Under the pieces are notes generated by a model. It was not told the DNA's origin. It did not search any database and was given only the letters and a program-made list of their open reading frames with translations. Below are positions 1 to 12,800 of a stretch of 64,000 nt of DNA, in pieces. Location of the stretch: the NCBI GenBank assembly GCA_031835245.2, contig JAVKOQ020000008.1, positions 1 to 64,000 of the forward strand, in the 5' to 3' direction. Numbering within the stretch: the first letter of the stretch is position 1; every line of letters starts with the position of its first letter. The position numbers and the translations under genes are program-made. This DNA comes from Balamuthia mandrillaris (taxonomy: Eukaryota).

Positions 1-470
1 CCTAACCCTAACCCTAACCCTAACCCTTTATATTGACACATCCCTTAACTCCTAACCCTAACCCTAACCCTAACCCTAACCCTAACCTAACCCTAACCCT
101 AACCCTAACCCTAACCCTAACCCTTAACCCTAACCTCTAACCTTATCCTTCTTTAACCCTAACCCTAACCCTTTAACCCTAACCCTTAACCCTAACCTTA
201 ACTCCTAACTCCTAACTCCTAACCCTAACCCGTAACTCCTAACTCCTAACCTCTAACCTCTTAACCCTAACCCTAACCCTAACCCTAACCCTAATCCTTC
301 CTAACCTAACCCTAACTTTCCTAACTCCTAACTCAACCCTAACCCTAACCCTAACTCCTTATAGCCCAGAGTACCCTAACCCCAACCCCTAACCCTAACC
401 CTAACCCTAACCCTAACCCTAACCCTAACCCTAACCCTAACCCTAACCCTAACCCTAACCCTAACCCTAA
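1..470. repeat. Telomeric repeat array (CCCTAA)n = TTAGGG on minus strand, with variant units (CTCCTAA, CCCTTAA, CCTAA)
   Basis: Tandem CCCTAA from base 1; near-perfect array ~375-470; C-rich strand at the 5' end as expected for a left chromosome end. Confidence 0.97.
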
Positions 471-1362
471 CCTTCGCAAATTCCATTCGCCAAAAGCAAG
501 ACGTTCTTGAGGTACAAAGAATTGACCAGAAGATGTCATCTCACTTTCATTGTAGATCATGGAAGTATGTGTTCGTAGTTGCATCTTTGCATCCTGAGCA
601 GATTCATGCAAGAATCTTTGAGCTGCATTGATAGAAAGAAGATGCTTAGACATGGTCTCAAAAGTCAACAACCAACGTAACGTCTTTGATAGATGAAGCA
701 GACGATTGCGAACTGTACTAGGACTGCTGTACTGTAGTTGACAGAAGTGATGAAATGCTCGAAGGCGTGTTTGATCAAATAACATCATTACTGAGAGCTC
801 AAATAGCTCAACTATCTTATCATCTTTATCATCTTTTTTTTTTTCTTCTTCTCTTCTTCTTCCTCTTCTTTCTCCTCTTCTTCTTGCTCCTCTTCCTTCT
901 TTTTTTCTTCTTTTTCCTTATGATTGCTCTCACACAATTCCACAAATCAAAAGAAGATGCCCAGAGTAGAATGTAAGTCTCTTGCTGTTTGAATTATGCT
1001 TTTTGTTGCAATGCTTTGCTGGGCCTCATTTTTTTCTTTTGTTATGAAGCATCTTGTCATCTTCTCTTTTTATCTTTCTCTTCTTTTATCAATTGTCGTA
1101 TTTCTGGTATTCACTTTTTGAGTTGCTTCCAATTAATACCATAAAAATGTTTGCGATGTCCCCTTTTTGTTTTCTGGTCAACAATCAGAAGTTCTCGTAA
1201 TAGCTCATAGTTTAAATAGCATGCTGGATAAGAAGCACTAATTGCAACAGTTTGTTCTACTAACAAAGCTTCTTGAAGCAATGAAGAAGAAGATGAAGAA
1301 GAAGATGAAGAAGATGAAGAAGATGAAGAAAATGTAGAGATGCTGTCTTCTGGTTGTTGCAT
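471..1362 (-). pseudogene. Degenerate, telomere-truncated gene; last part resembles a tyrosine-recombinase core-binding (SAM-like) domain
   Basis: ORFs 1111-1362 and 351-788; the first frame continues through several in-frame TGA/TAA stops; segment FHHFCQLQYSSPSTVRNRLLHLSKTLRWL resembles S-x-x-T-x-x-x-Y-L-x-x-L-x-x-F-x-x-W-L of integrase N-domains; frame runs straight into telomere repeats. Confidence 0.35.
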
Positions 1363-1521
1363 ACCTATTATAATGTTTTATAATAATAAGAAACCACAAC
1401 AAATAACAAAAACAATAAAAACAACACTTTAGCAACAAACTGTTGGAAAAAAGATAGCTGTTAATGCTGTGATAAGGCCAGTAGGGGAACAACCTAATGG
1501 ACACCAACTCGATAAGCATAG

Positions 1522-1606
1522 GGAAAAAGACCTTTAATGAAATGAAAGAAAGAGATATATATACAAGGAGAGCTAGGGATAGGTATTATGGGAGAGTGGT
1601 ATAACA
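1522..1606. repeat. Dispersed direct repeat, copy 1 (copy 2 at 4656-4736)
   Basis: Shared AAAAGACCTTTA...AATGAAAGAA...GTATTATGRGAGAGTGGTATAACA with substitutions; weaker similarity extends ~50 bp to the left. Confidence 0.8.
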
Positions 1607-2120
1607 AAGCTTACAATCAGCACTACAAGATCTAACAGTGGTTCTTTCTTCTTTCTTTTTGTTTTTCGCGAAAATCGAGTAGCATTTGTGCAAAATTTGT
1701 GCACAATACAGTTTCAGTGCTTTGTTCTACCAAAAATATTCTAACTCTGTAACACTTTATTAATACCTAACATATAATATATCTTCTCATAGCCCTTGAG
1801 TTGTTCTTTAAGATGATACTATTATTATATTTTAAAAGCTGATTCTTAGGTCAAAATCGAGCATAGAACCAAGACAGGAACCAAGAGAAAAACGAGAGCC
1901 AAACATATTTAATGAGAGGAAGAAAACAAGTGTGTTTGTGAGTGTGTTATTTCTTCATTCATTCATCTGTCTGTTCTTGGTTGTGGGAAAAGTATTTATA
2001 GTTGAGAAGGCAACCAAGAAAGGAAAGGGACTCGGGGTTGGGGAGTGACTTTTTAGTTTCTTTGTTCTTAAGTTCTAGGCTCAGGAAAGTTCCAGGGAAG
2101 GCAGGAGAAAGATCTTCAAA

Positions 2121-2342
2121 ATGGCTTGGTGTTGACATAAAAGATTGATGATAGCTAATGTGAGATTGTTAACAGAAAAGAGAAAAGAAATGAAGAAAGA
2201 AACAAAGAAAGAGTTGGTTATGTTGACAGTTGCCAACATGGCTTAGTGTTGATATAAAAGATCAATGATAGCTGACGTGAGATTGTCGACACAAAAGAAG
2301 AAAGGAATAAAGAAAGAGTTGATTATGTTGGCAGTTGCCAAC
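2121..2342. repeat. Diverged tandem duplication, two units of ~105-117 bp (2121-2237, 2238-2342)
   Basis: Both units start ATGGCTTRGTGTTGAYATAAAAGAT and end GTTGRCAGTTGCCAAC. Confidence 0.9.
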
Positions 2343-2957
2343 ATTGCCAAATAGTTCTCATTCACTACTATCATTTATCTCTTCATTCATCCAGACTTAC
2401 TAATTTCTTGTTTCTTTTGTTTCATTTGTTGTTTGTGTTTGTGTTTGTGTATACTATTTGCTTGTTTAACAAACAAAAAATAATATCTCTATTCTTGCTG
2501 CCTTTGACCAACAACTACCACTAAACAAAAACAACAACAAAGAAGTAGCAGTAACAACAACAACAGCAGCAATAGAAGAAGATATTAAAGTAGCAATTGC
2601 CTCAATATCATCATCATTATTTCATCAGCAAAATATTTCAATCATCACTTTGCTTCTTATTAGGCTCTTAACTCTTGATCATTCATTTACAAGCAGTTTT
2701 TGGATCATTATTGGTTAAAAACCACCACCACTAGCTACTGTTGCTTCTGCTCTTGTTATTGTTGTTGATAACCCTGCAAAGTTCTTTTCGCCTTCTTTTT
2801 CTTCATCACCCTTTTCATTCACCACGACCACCTTTATCACCACTTCCATTTACCCAATCACAACCACAACAACTACAATGACGACAATAACAACAACAAC
2901 AACAACAACAACCTGAAAGGATGATTTCTTCTTCTTCTCTTGCTTTTTTTTTTCTTT

Positions 2958-3111
2958 TTTTATTCTTCTTCTTCTTCTTCTTCTTGTTTTTCTTCTTCTT
3001 CTTCTTCTTCTTCTTCTTCTTCTTGTTCTTCTTGTTCTTGTTCTTCTTGTTCTTGTTCTTCTTCTTCTTCTTCTTCTTCTTGTTCTTCTTCTTGTTCTTG
3101 TTCTTCTTCTT
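2958..3111. repeat. (CTT)n/(CTTGTT)n microsatellite
   Basis: Directly visible. Confidence 0.9.
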
Positions 3112-3458
3112 CAAATTCAGAGTCCTTTGTCTTTGAGAACAATGATGATGATGTTATGGATAATGACAGTGATAGTAATTTATCATCATTTTCATCCTCA
3201 TCATCCTCATTAGGAGAAGGAGAAGGAAGAGCAGAAACAGATATAAATGCAACAAGCAAAACAACAACCACACCAATGTTGATAGATTTGTTGGTGTTAA
3301 CTGAAGAAGAAGATGAAGAAGATCACAAAGAAGAAAAACAAGAAAAAAAGAAAATAGAGAAACAACAAAATAGAGCTAGAACAGATGATAATGATGATGA
3401 TACTACACGTGGCAGCAGTAGTAGTGATGGAAGATGTGTTTTTCGTGCTATCACATTG

Positions 3459-4098
3459 ATGAACTGTTTGACAGAAGAGTGCTGGACAGAGTTGATGGCA
3501 GTGACGAGTCGATGGAGCCCTTCTACCCAACATAAACATGCCTGGACTTTGGCCATCGGGGAAGCACATTGTACACATCATCAATGTTTGCCAGCTCTTC
3601 CTTTGAATCTCCAACGCCATAACGTAGGAGCCTTTGTTCAATGGTTGATTTTGGATGTGGGTTATGCAAACAATTGTGCAAAGACGCTTGTTTGCTGGAT
3701 GATGTCTTGCATATCATCGTATCCACTCCAGATGGACTGGTGAGCAAAGCTGGTGAAGCCAGTTGTTGGTTACACAGTGTTTGTATTGGTGTCAGAGCCA
3801 TTACAGCTGCAAACATTCGTTTGGGTGATATTGTGGCATTTTGACCTAAACAGACACACAAAAACAAACATCACTATGGGGATGGTCATGCAATACTTTA
3901 AATGCCAAGTTGCAAGATCGGGCTGTTTGGGCTGGTTATCCTGAAGGGTTGTTCTCCTTTCACTCCTTGTATGCTGGCTTCCTTTGCACTGCCTTGATCT
4001 TGGAGGGATTGCAGGAAGGTCACAGTCAGAACAATGTACTGGATACCACTGCCCTTATCGCAGGTTGGGTACCTCGTGGTAGATTCCAGTAAGTATAT
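3459..4098 (+). mobile_element. Frameshifted tyrosine recombinase pseudogene (DIRS/Crypton/Tec-like YR transposon remnant)
   Basis: Three frames give, in order: N-domain RWSPSTQHKHAWT...VGAFVQWLILDVGYA; box I CIGVRAITAANIRLGDI (Arg at 3794-3796); box II FSFHSLYAGF (HxxR mutated, 3961-3972); IAGW and Q*VY with the putative catalytic Tyr at 4096-4098. Confidence 0.7.
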
Positions 4099-4384
4099 GT
4101 TACAACAAACAAAACAAACAAACAAACAAACAAACAAACAAACAAACAAACAAACAACAACAAGCAGAGGCAAAAAAAAAACAAACTGTAGGTAAACAGC
4201 ACGAATAAAACTCTAATAGTTGGAATCCACTATCTATTGTCATGGCTTATTTGCTTGCTTGCTTGCATTCAAAATGCACCCTTAGACCTAGCACTCAACT
4301 AGAATGCACAGGTTTATTGTAGTATTCATGATCTAAACAACAGTTGTTAAAATTGGTGTTTTTCCATTTGTTATTTTTTTAAGC

Positions 4385-4423
<39 letters not shown>

Positions 4424-4655
4424 GGTTTTTCTAACTTTCTGTTTGCAAACAAGAAAACAAAAGAAAAAAGAGTTAGTCCTATTAATAGGAAGAAAAGAAG
4501 AGCTTTTTTGTTGGAGTTTTCCAACATACTTCTCTATTGTTTTTGTTTGCTATTCAACAGAGAACCAACCAAAGAAGCATTGCACAATATGTCACCTGAT
4601 GCTTTGCAACTGTGATGATGCGGGTAGGAATACAAATACCAACTTATGTGCACAT

Positions 4656-4736
4656 GGAAAAGACCTTTAGAATGAAAGAACGAAATATATATATAAAGAG
4701 AGATAAGGATACGTATTATGAGAGAGTGGTATAACA
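4656..4736. repeat. Dispersed direct repeat, copy 2 (copy 1 at 1522-1606)
   Basis: See copy 1. Confidence 0.8.
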
Positions 4737-5422
4737 CAACTCAAATGGCCTGCTATCCTTATGTTATTCTTTCTTTTTCTCTTCTTTTTGTATGTTTTCT
4801 TTTTTGTTCTTTCTGTAAGCCCGCGAGAGTAAACTAAGTAAATCACATCCAGTAAACACACCATGCTATTCCCTTGTGTCTCTGTGGGAAAATTAATGAC
4901 CTCAATACTTATGTCTACCTTGCAGCACATCGGATTCAAGACAATGTGCACAGCAACTTCCAAAGCATCAACAGCAGCAATCCCAACACACGTTTATGTG
5001 ATTAGACTGGCAACATAACGCCACTATAAACCTTTCTGATTTCAAGTGATTTCCCCTTCTCTGGATCATCACTTCGCCGCAGTCACAGGTTTGTCGGACC
5101 TTGGCGCGGATGTTGCTGAAGTCATTCTGAAGAATCAGCTGACGACTCCGTCACTTCAGTGCAAAAAACGAACACTTTCCATTTCGCGAAATGAGGTGAC
5201 TTTTCGCTCTTTCACCCTTTTAGGTAAGGAAGAGCAGTAGTTTGCGGACGTCTTTTTATTCGGAAAGAGATACCAGCAATAGACGAAGGGGATACAAAAG
5301 CAAGTTCAGAAGGATAAAAGTGTTTATAGTTTGTATTTTTATACTGGAGGGCAGCCTCTCCTGCCTGGACACAACCTTCTTTCTTCAACAGATCTTTGCG
5401 GTTGTGACAGTGGACCGCCAAA

Positions 5423-6810
5423 ATGAAGAAAGGAAAGAAGATGTCTTTTATGGAGCAGGAGGGGAAAAAGCTCCTACAGCAGGTGGGGGTCCCCGACATG
5501 ATCACCATGGACGACCTCAGCGAGGAAACGATCCTACAGAACCTAAAGCTACGTTACGAGAAGAGCCTTATTTATGTACCTCCCTCCTCCTTTCGGTGTT
5601 GACAACGGGGTTTTTCTAGTTAGATAAACAACTAACTTTCTCGTTGAAACGAAAGACGAACACGGGTTCCATCTTAGTGTCGGTGAACCCCTACAAGAGG
5701 CTTCCAATCTACACGCAGAGCCTAGCAGAGACGTATATTGGTACGGGGGCCAGCGAAGTGGCAGTTCCCCACATCTTTGCTGTCGCTGAGGCATGCTACT
5801 ACAACATGAGCGAACAAATGAAGAACCAGTCGGTCATCATCAGGTAAAAATTCCAACCTTAGTTTGCCCCTCGCCCTTTATTTTTTCTCTGCGTTTAAAA
5901 ATTTGAATCGTATTTTTTGTGTGCAGCGGGGAGAGCGGAGCCGGTAAGACGGAAGCCACCAAGTTGCTAATCCAGTACCTCGCCGCCAGAACAAAGGAGC
6001 ACAGCCCAGTTGAACAAAAAATCCTGGAGAGCTCGCCAGTGCTGGAAGCCTTTGGAAATGCCAAGACCGTCCGAAACAACAACTCATCCAGATTTGTACG
6101 TGCTTACTTACCCCTAGCTTCGTATGTCGAACACCAACCACAACCACCCTTACACAACAACAACACAGGGCAAGTTTATCGAAATACACTTTGACAAGAC
6201 GGGCAGTATCTGCGGAGCGCAGATCGTACAATGTACGCACTGGCACCTCCTTTGCACTCCCTTTTTTTTTGAACCCACCACCAACTTACAAAAAAAAAAC
6301 AAACAAACAAACCAAACAAACAAACCAACAAACAAACAAACCAAACAAACAAACAAACAAACAAACAAGACTTGCTGGAGAGGTCTAGGCTAGTCTACCA
6401 GGCTGAAGACGAACGCAACTACCACATCTTCTATCAATTGTGTACAGGTGCCACCGAAAAAGAACAGAAAGCGTACAGGTTGCTGCCGGCGCAGCAGTAT
6501 CACTACCTCAACCAAAGCGGCTGCTATACGGCTGGTGACACCGATGACGCTGCCGACTTTGACCGCGTCAAGGTACGTTGTTACTGCTGCAAAAGTTTAC
6601 TCGCTTCCCTTCTTATTTCTGCTGGGCTCAGCCATTATTCTTCTCAATAGGACGCTCTTTCGGCGTTGGAAGTAAGCGAGCAGAATGTGCACAGCCTCTT
6701 CTCTATTCTCTCTGGCATCCTTCATCTCGGTAACGTTGAATTCAAGGGCGCCTCTGAGAGCTGCACCATCAGTAATCCGGATCGTATGTTTCCCTTTCTC
6801 TGCTGGCCTT

Positions 6811-6851
<41 letters not shown>

Positions 6852-9800
6852 CTCTCTTGTGTCATATCCCTCCCCATCCTGCTCTCCCCTTTTGTTCTCT
6901 CGGTCTCTCTTCTCGCTCTGAATCTCCATATTATTCTTTTCTTTTGATATGATAAAATAACTTTAATATATTGGCCTTACTTAACAAACGCAGAGCTAAA
7001 GGTGGTCGCAGAGCTGTTGGGTGTCAACGCAGACATGCTGGGACAAGCCCTCACTATCAGGAAGATGAACGTGAGGGGACAACAGTTTGAAATCAAGTTG
7101 AAGCTAGAGCAAGCGGTGGACACTCGCGACGCCTTAGCCAAGGCCATCTATGCGCGTCTGTTCCAATGGTTGGTGGAGAACATCAACAAAGTCATTTACA
7201 AGCCTAATTTCACCAAGACCTTCATCGGTGTGTTGGACATTTTCGGTTTTGAGAACTTCAAGGTTAGCACTTGTGGTTATTTGTTGTACTGCTCATGTCT
7301 AGTGATACATGGCCACTAAACTTTGTTGGTTGGTTTGGTTTGGTTTGGTTTTTGCGCAGGTTAACTCTTTTGAGCAATTCTGCATCAACTTTTGTAATGA
7401 AAAGTTTCAGCAATACTTCAATCAAACGATCTTCAAGCTGGAACAGGAGGAGTACAACAAAGAAGGTATCAACTGGTCTAACATCGACTTTAAAGACAAC
7501 CAGGAGTGTATCGACCTCATTGAGAAGAAGCCAATGGGCATCCTTTCATTGCTCGACGAGGAAAGCCGCTTCCCAAAGGCCACCGATCTTAGCTTCTTAG
7601 ACAAGTTGAACGCTAACCACAGCAAGCACGCCAACTATGAAACGCCCAAGAGGAACGCTCCTTGTTTCATTATCAACCATTACGCTGGCAAGGTCGCCTA
7701 CCAGGTGGACAACTTTTTGGACAAGAACAAGGACACCTTGCAAGAAGAGTTGCTAGCCCTCTTGCAAAGCAGTTCCGTGAACCTGATCCGCGAGATCTTC
7801 AAAGAAGACAAGAACGACCTGGACAACAGGGGTAACCGGAAGAACCTCACCGTTGGCTCTCATTTTAGGAACCAGCTGACAGCCCTCATGCAGACCCTCT
7901 CTGCAACCTCCACCCACTATGTTCGCTGCATCAAGCCCAACATGTTGAAAGTCCCCGACAACTTTGACGACGATATGGTCCTGACCCAGCTTCGTTATGC
8001 CGGCATGTTGGAGACCATTCGTATTCGGAGGTAACGTATTTGTAACTGTATTTCCTATTTGATTAGTATCCCTACCACAGCCTTTTTTGTTGTTTGTTGG
8101 TCCTGTCTTATTGCTCAATCCCTTTTCTCTTTCTTCCATTACCACTGCCACACGTACACACACATTAAAATAGATTGGGTTACCCTGTTCGCTTCTCCAG
8201 TGAAGAGTTTTTCTCGCGCTACCAGGTGCTGCTGAAAGCACCAGCTAAAGGTGCCAAAGTAGCAAGCCTCTGTGAGGTTATCTTGCGAGAGAACACCGAC
8301 GTTGGAAAAGATCAACCTTGGCAGGTCGGAAAAACGAAGATCTTTCTGCGAGATAACCAGGTAAGTTATTAAACAAGGCTCACCCACTCTACCCCTTTCA
8401 GTTGGGCTGGCCACTAATAATACGTAATATACTAATGTGCACACAAAGTATACCTTCTTGGAGCAGCGGAGGAATAAAGCACTGGAGGGGCGAGTCATTG
8501 TCCTGCAAAGTTGCTTGAGAATGGCTTGGGTACGGGACTATTACAGGCTGATTCGCCGATCAGCCCTTACCGTACAATCTGAGTATCGAGCCAATGTGTT
8601 AAGGCGCCGGTTCGTGACAATGCGCCTTGCTGCAGAAGATATTCAAGCCACTGTTCGCATGTATCGTCAGCGTAAGTTCTATAGCCAAATGCTGAGAGCG
8701 AGACGGCAAGAGCGCGCAGAGAAGTTGTCACGTGAAGAAGAGAAAAAGCGCAAGGAAGATGAAAAAAGACGTAAAGAACAGGAAAAAAAGATGGAAAAGG
8801 AGAAAAAGAAGCAACAAAAAGAAGATAAGAAAAAGGGTAAGGGCAGCGCGGCATCGGTCTTGTCAGCAACTTCGCCAGGCAATACATCTCTTGGAGGGGA
8901 GGAAGAAGAGGAGGACATAGACGATTCTACCCTTGCACCTACAGTTATTCACGACGTTACCACCGAAAGCGAGGCCGCAGCTGTTCTTTTCCAGCAAAAA
9001 CGTGCCCAACTCTCGAAGGAACGTGCTGACAAGGCCACTCCTGCGACTGGTGGTGAGACGGGACATGCCACCTTCCGAGGACGACGTTCCACTCGTACTG
9101 CCATGACGTTAACCCTTCGCCAAGCTGCCCAGTACTCCGTTAGGTACTTTTCCCAGTCATTCTCCTCCGTTACTTAGTTATTGAGTACATGTTATTAATG
9201 TGAACATGTTTTTTTGTTTCGGGTTTTTGTTTTACCACAGCTCCTTATCGGACCTAGTGGGAGACGACGAGCTGAAGAGTTTTATGGTCTTTGATTACCT
9301 AGTCCAGAACTGCCAATCAAGCAGAACTAAGGCTGGCACCATGACTCACACCCTTCGTCGTATTCGCAGCCTAAAGAACAAAGAAAAGTCTCTGATTGGG
9401 GACTCCATTGCCACGCTTGTTAGTTATCAGAAGAAGTTGCCTAAGCCCTTGCATAGATTCCCCAACAGTATGGACAACCAGTTAGCTGTTTATATCTTTA
9501 AGAGTGCGTACAACTAGCTCTCCTTTCACCAAAGTTTACTAACCTGTTTATTTGTCAAGGGCTTACAATGTTCATGGACAAGGGTCCTTCGCCCAAGGCC
9601 AATGATTACGGGGAGTCGATTATCCAGCCTCTGTTCGTAGGAGGCCTCAAGTACCCTCTTCTCCGCGATGAAATCTATTGTCAAATCATCAAGCAGACCA
9701 CCAACAATCCTAAAGGGTAAGACAGTTTCAATCCCTTTTCTCTTTCCTCAAGCATAACACATCTTGTTACACAACTCTCTCTCTCTCTCTCTCTCTCTCC

Positions 9801-12800
9801 TCCGTAACAGGGATAGCGTCATAAGAGGATGGAATGTATTGTCAGCTTGTTGCGGATTGTTCCCTCCATCTGCCTCCTTTGTAAAGTATTTGAGCAGCCA
9901 CCTCAAACTCAACTTTATAGAAGGAGCATCATCTAGCAATATCGTCAGCGTGCTCGCCAAATTTGCCTACGAAAACTTGCAACGCCTACTAGCTCAACAC
10001 CAAGAAGAATCAATGAGGGTGTTCCCTCCTACCGCCACTGAGCTAGCTGCTAATCAGGTTTGTTAGAAAAGAACGCATTTTTTTTCACCCATCTTTTGTG
10101 CTGACTGTCCTTTGTTGATTTTTTTCTGCAACAGAAACAAGCTCAAATTCCTGTCAAAGTTTTCCTTGCAGACGACTCAGTCGTAAACATTGGCATGTAT
10201 TCCATTGCTCGCGTTAGAGAGATATTCCACGACGTTGTCTACAAAATTGGTCTGAAGGATCCTACTGAATTTGCTATCTATGAAGTTTTCCAAGGCCTTG
10301 GCTTCGGTATGGTTTTTGCTCTTCTCTTCTCTCACTTGTTGTTGTTCTTTCACTCGTGTTTTTAATGTTTTTCTTCCGTTACTACCACTTCTGCTCTTCC
10401 TCTTCATTTTGCTTAAATTCATCATTGGTTTGCCACAGAACGCAGTCTTGACAATGAAGAATATGTTGCTGATGTCTTGTCCAAAGCCAGCCTCACTAGA
10501 CAAGAGTTAAGGCTAGTGTTTAAGAAGAAAATCAGATTGGATCCAACCGAGCTTACCAAGGACCCAAAGGAGGACATGCTAGAGTTCCACCAAACTCACG
10601 CAGAACTTATTCAAGAACGTCTTCCTTGCTCTTACGCTGACCTTTGCAAGCTTGCTTCTCTTAAGCTACTCTATGACACTCCAGACCTGCTTGAGACAGA
10701 AATGTACATGTTTATTCTTCCACTTCATTTCGTCAAACGTTTCTTCTTCTCCTCCTTCTCCTTCTCCTCTCCTTCTTCTTCTTGTTCTTCTTCTTCTTCT
10801 TCTTTTACTGTTACTTCTACATCTTCTTCTAAACTTACATTTGGTATCTTCAACTCCAGCAACGAGGAACTGCTGCTCAAATACTTGCCGAAACGTCTTG
10901 TCGGCCACCTTAAGGCCAAACTCACAGATGAGCTCTCGCGACTTAAACAGGGAGGCAAACCTGCCAAACCACAGATAGTAGTGGACTACATGACATTAGC
11001 AAAGACGCTGCCCACTTTTGGCAATACTATTTTCAGTGTTACTCTTGGTGCAGGCAGCAGCAACTGGAACTTACCGAAGGTAGTAAATATCCTTCTCATC
11101 CCCAAGGTCATCTACAAACAATATGTGCTAACTATTCAACATAGCAACTGAATTTGGGAGTTTCAGTGTGCGGTCTCAAGATATTAGAAATAGAGGCTAA
11201 CATTGATAGCTACGTAGTGACATGTCTAGAAGAGTTTGATTACAGCGAGTTGGAGAGTTGGAATTGCGACGAGCACGGCTTCTCTGTTACTGTCAAAAAG
11301 CAAGGCCACCCGGCTCCTCAAGTGCTTGCACTTAGAACCTCTTTTGTACGTTTCCATCGTCCTTGTCTTTGTGTTTTTGTTCTTCTTGTTCTTCTTCTTC
11401 TTCTTCTTCTTCTGCTTCTGCTTCTGCTTCTTCTGCTTCTTCTTTGTCCTTTTTTCTTTTTCTTCTTCTTCCACTCCACCTTCTCCTTCCTCCTTCTCTC
11501 TGGTTTATATAAAGAAGCAACACCATGGACTAACTTGGTGCTGAATTCAGGGCATTGAAATTGTAAGCGTGATGGAGGAGTACATGTTTTGGCTCCGTGA
11601 AGACAGCAGACATGCGAAAGCTCTTTATGACTATGATGTCACTGATCATAAGCTTTTAGCGTTCAAGAAAGGAGACGTCATTAAGATAGAGTCCATCGAT
11701 GAACACGGATGGGCTGTCGGTACCATTGAAGGCAGAAAAGGCAAATTTCCTGTTGACATGGTGGAAATGATGCTAACTCCTCCTGAAGGTAGAGCCCAAA
11801 AAGCGGCAGTAAACAAGGTATGCCCACTCACGTTTCATGCCTTCGTTCCTCAAGAATCTTTTTCCTTACTGTCAAATAAAAATAAAAAGGTGGAACTGAA
11901 GAAGAGGCGACTTTCCGTGGTAGAACGACCAGGTGTGGTAGCAACATCCGCTAGAGGAGCGGGAGATCCAAGAGCCAGAGCCGGTTCTAACATTTCCCGC
12001 CGCTTCAGCGTGTCCAGAGCCTCAGTGCTGGCTCCTCAGGGCCTTGATAAGGCAGGTGCGCCTGGCGGGAGAAGAGAAACCGTTTCTATGCCGAAGGATA
12101 TGAAGGGTGGTCTGCAGAGTGTTACTTCTCTCCGAGAAATGACGAAGCTTACTGACATTACCAAGCATTCTGATGAGTGGGCTATGCAAAAGTATGCAGC
12201 GCAGTACTTCAACTCTCGTTCCCAAAAACTCAAGCCCTCTGACTTGGAGCTCAAGTGGACCAAGGACCCGCTCCAAGATTCTCTCACCGTCATTACCGAC
12301 GCTGAGCTCAACAAACTTGCTGTCTCCAACTTCCTTACCATCATGAAGTACATGGGAGATTATCCCACCACGAAAGAGACTGTGTATGGATTTGTTACCA
12401 AGATTTGTCAGACTGGCATTGATCGCGTTGAGCTACGCGATGAAATCTATTGCCAACTCATGAAACAGATCTGCGAAAACCCAACGACGTACGTTCTTCT
12501 CTCGTTCCCTCGCTCTCTCGCTTTCTGTCCCTAACGCTATCATCTTTTCTTCTCTCTCTCTCTCTCTCTCTCCCTCTCCCCTCTCTTTCTCTTCATGCTA
12601 TAAATAAACAGTGAGGGTCCTGTACGAGGATGGGAACTGCTTGCCATCATAAGCGGTCTGTTTTTACCATCACGTACACTTCTGCCTTACCTCTTTAGCT
12701 TCGTTCATTCACAAGATGGTACGTAGCGGTTATGGGCTTGTGTACAATCGCCTACCACAATGTAATCTTTTTCTTTTTCCTTTTTTTGTTGCAGGAGATA

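Noticed and set aside
26..375. Short non-telomeric inserts and variant units inside the telomere
   Set aside because: Cannot be told apart from low-coverage read errors at a contig end without raw reads
4705..4712. GTATCCTT (minus) as a second U12 donor; also ATATCCTT near 22364-22371 and 56301
   Set aside because: No CCTTAAC branch site at the right distance; the 22364 site is coding (PHILEI) and 56301 is intergenic
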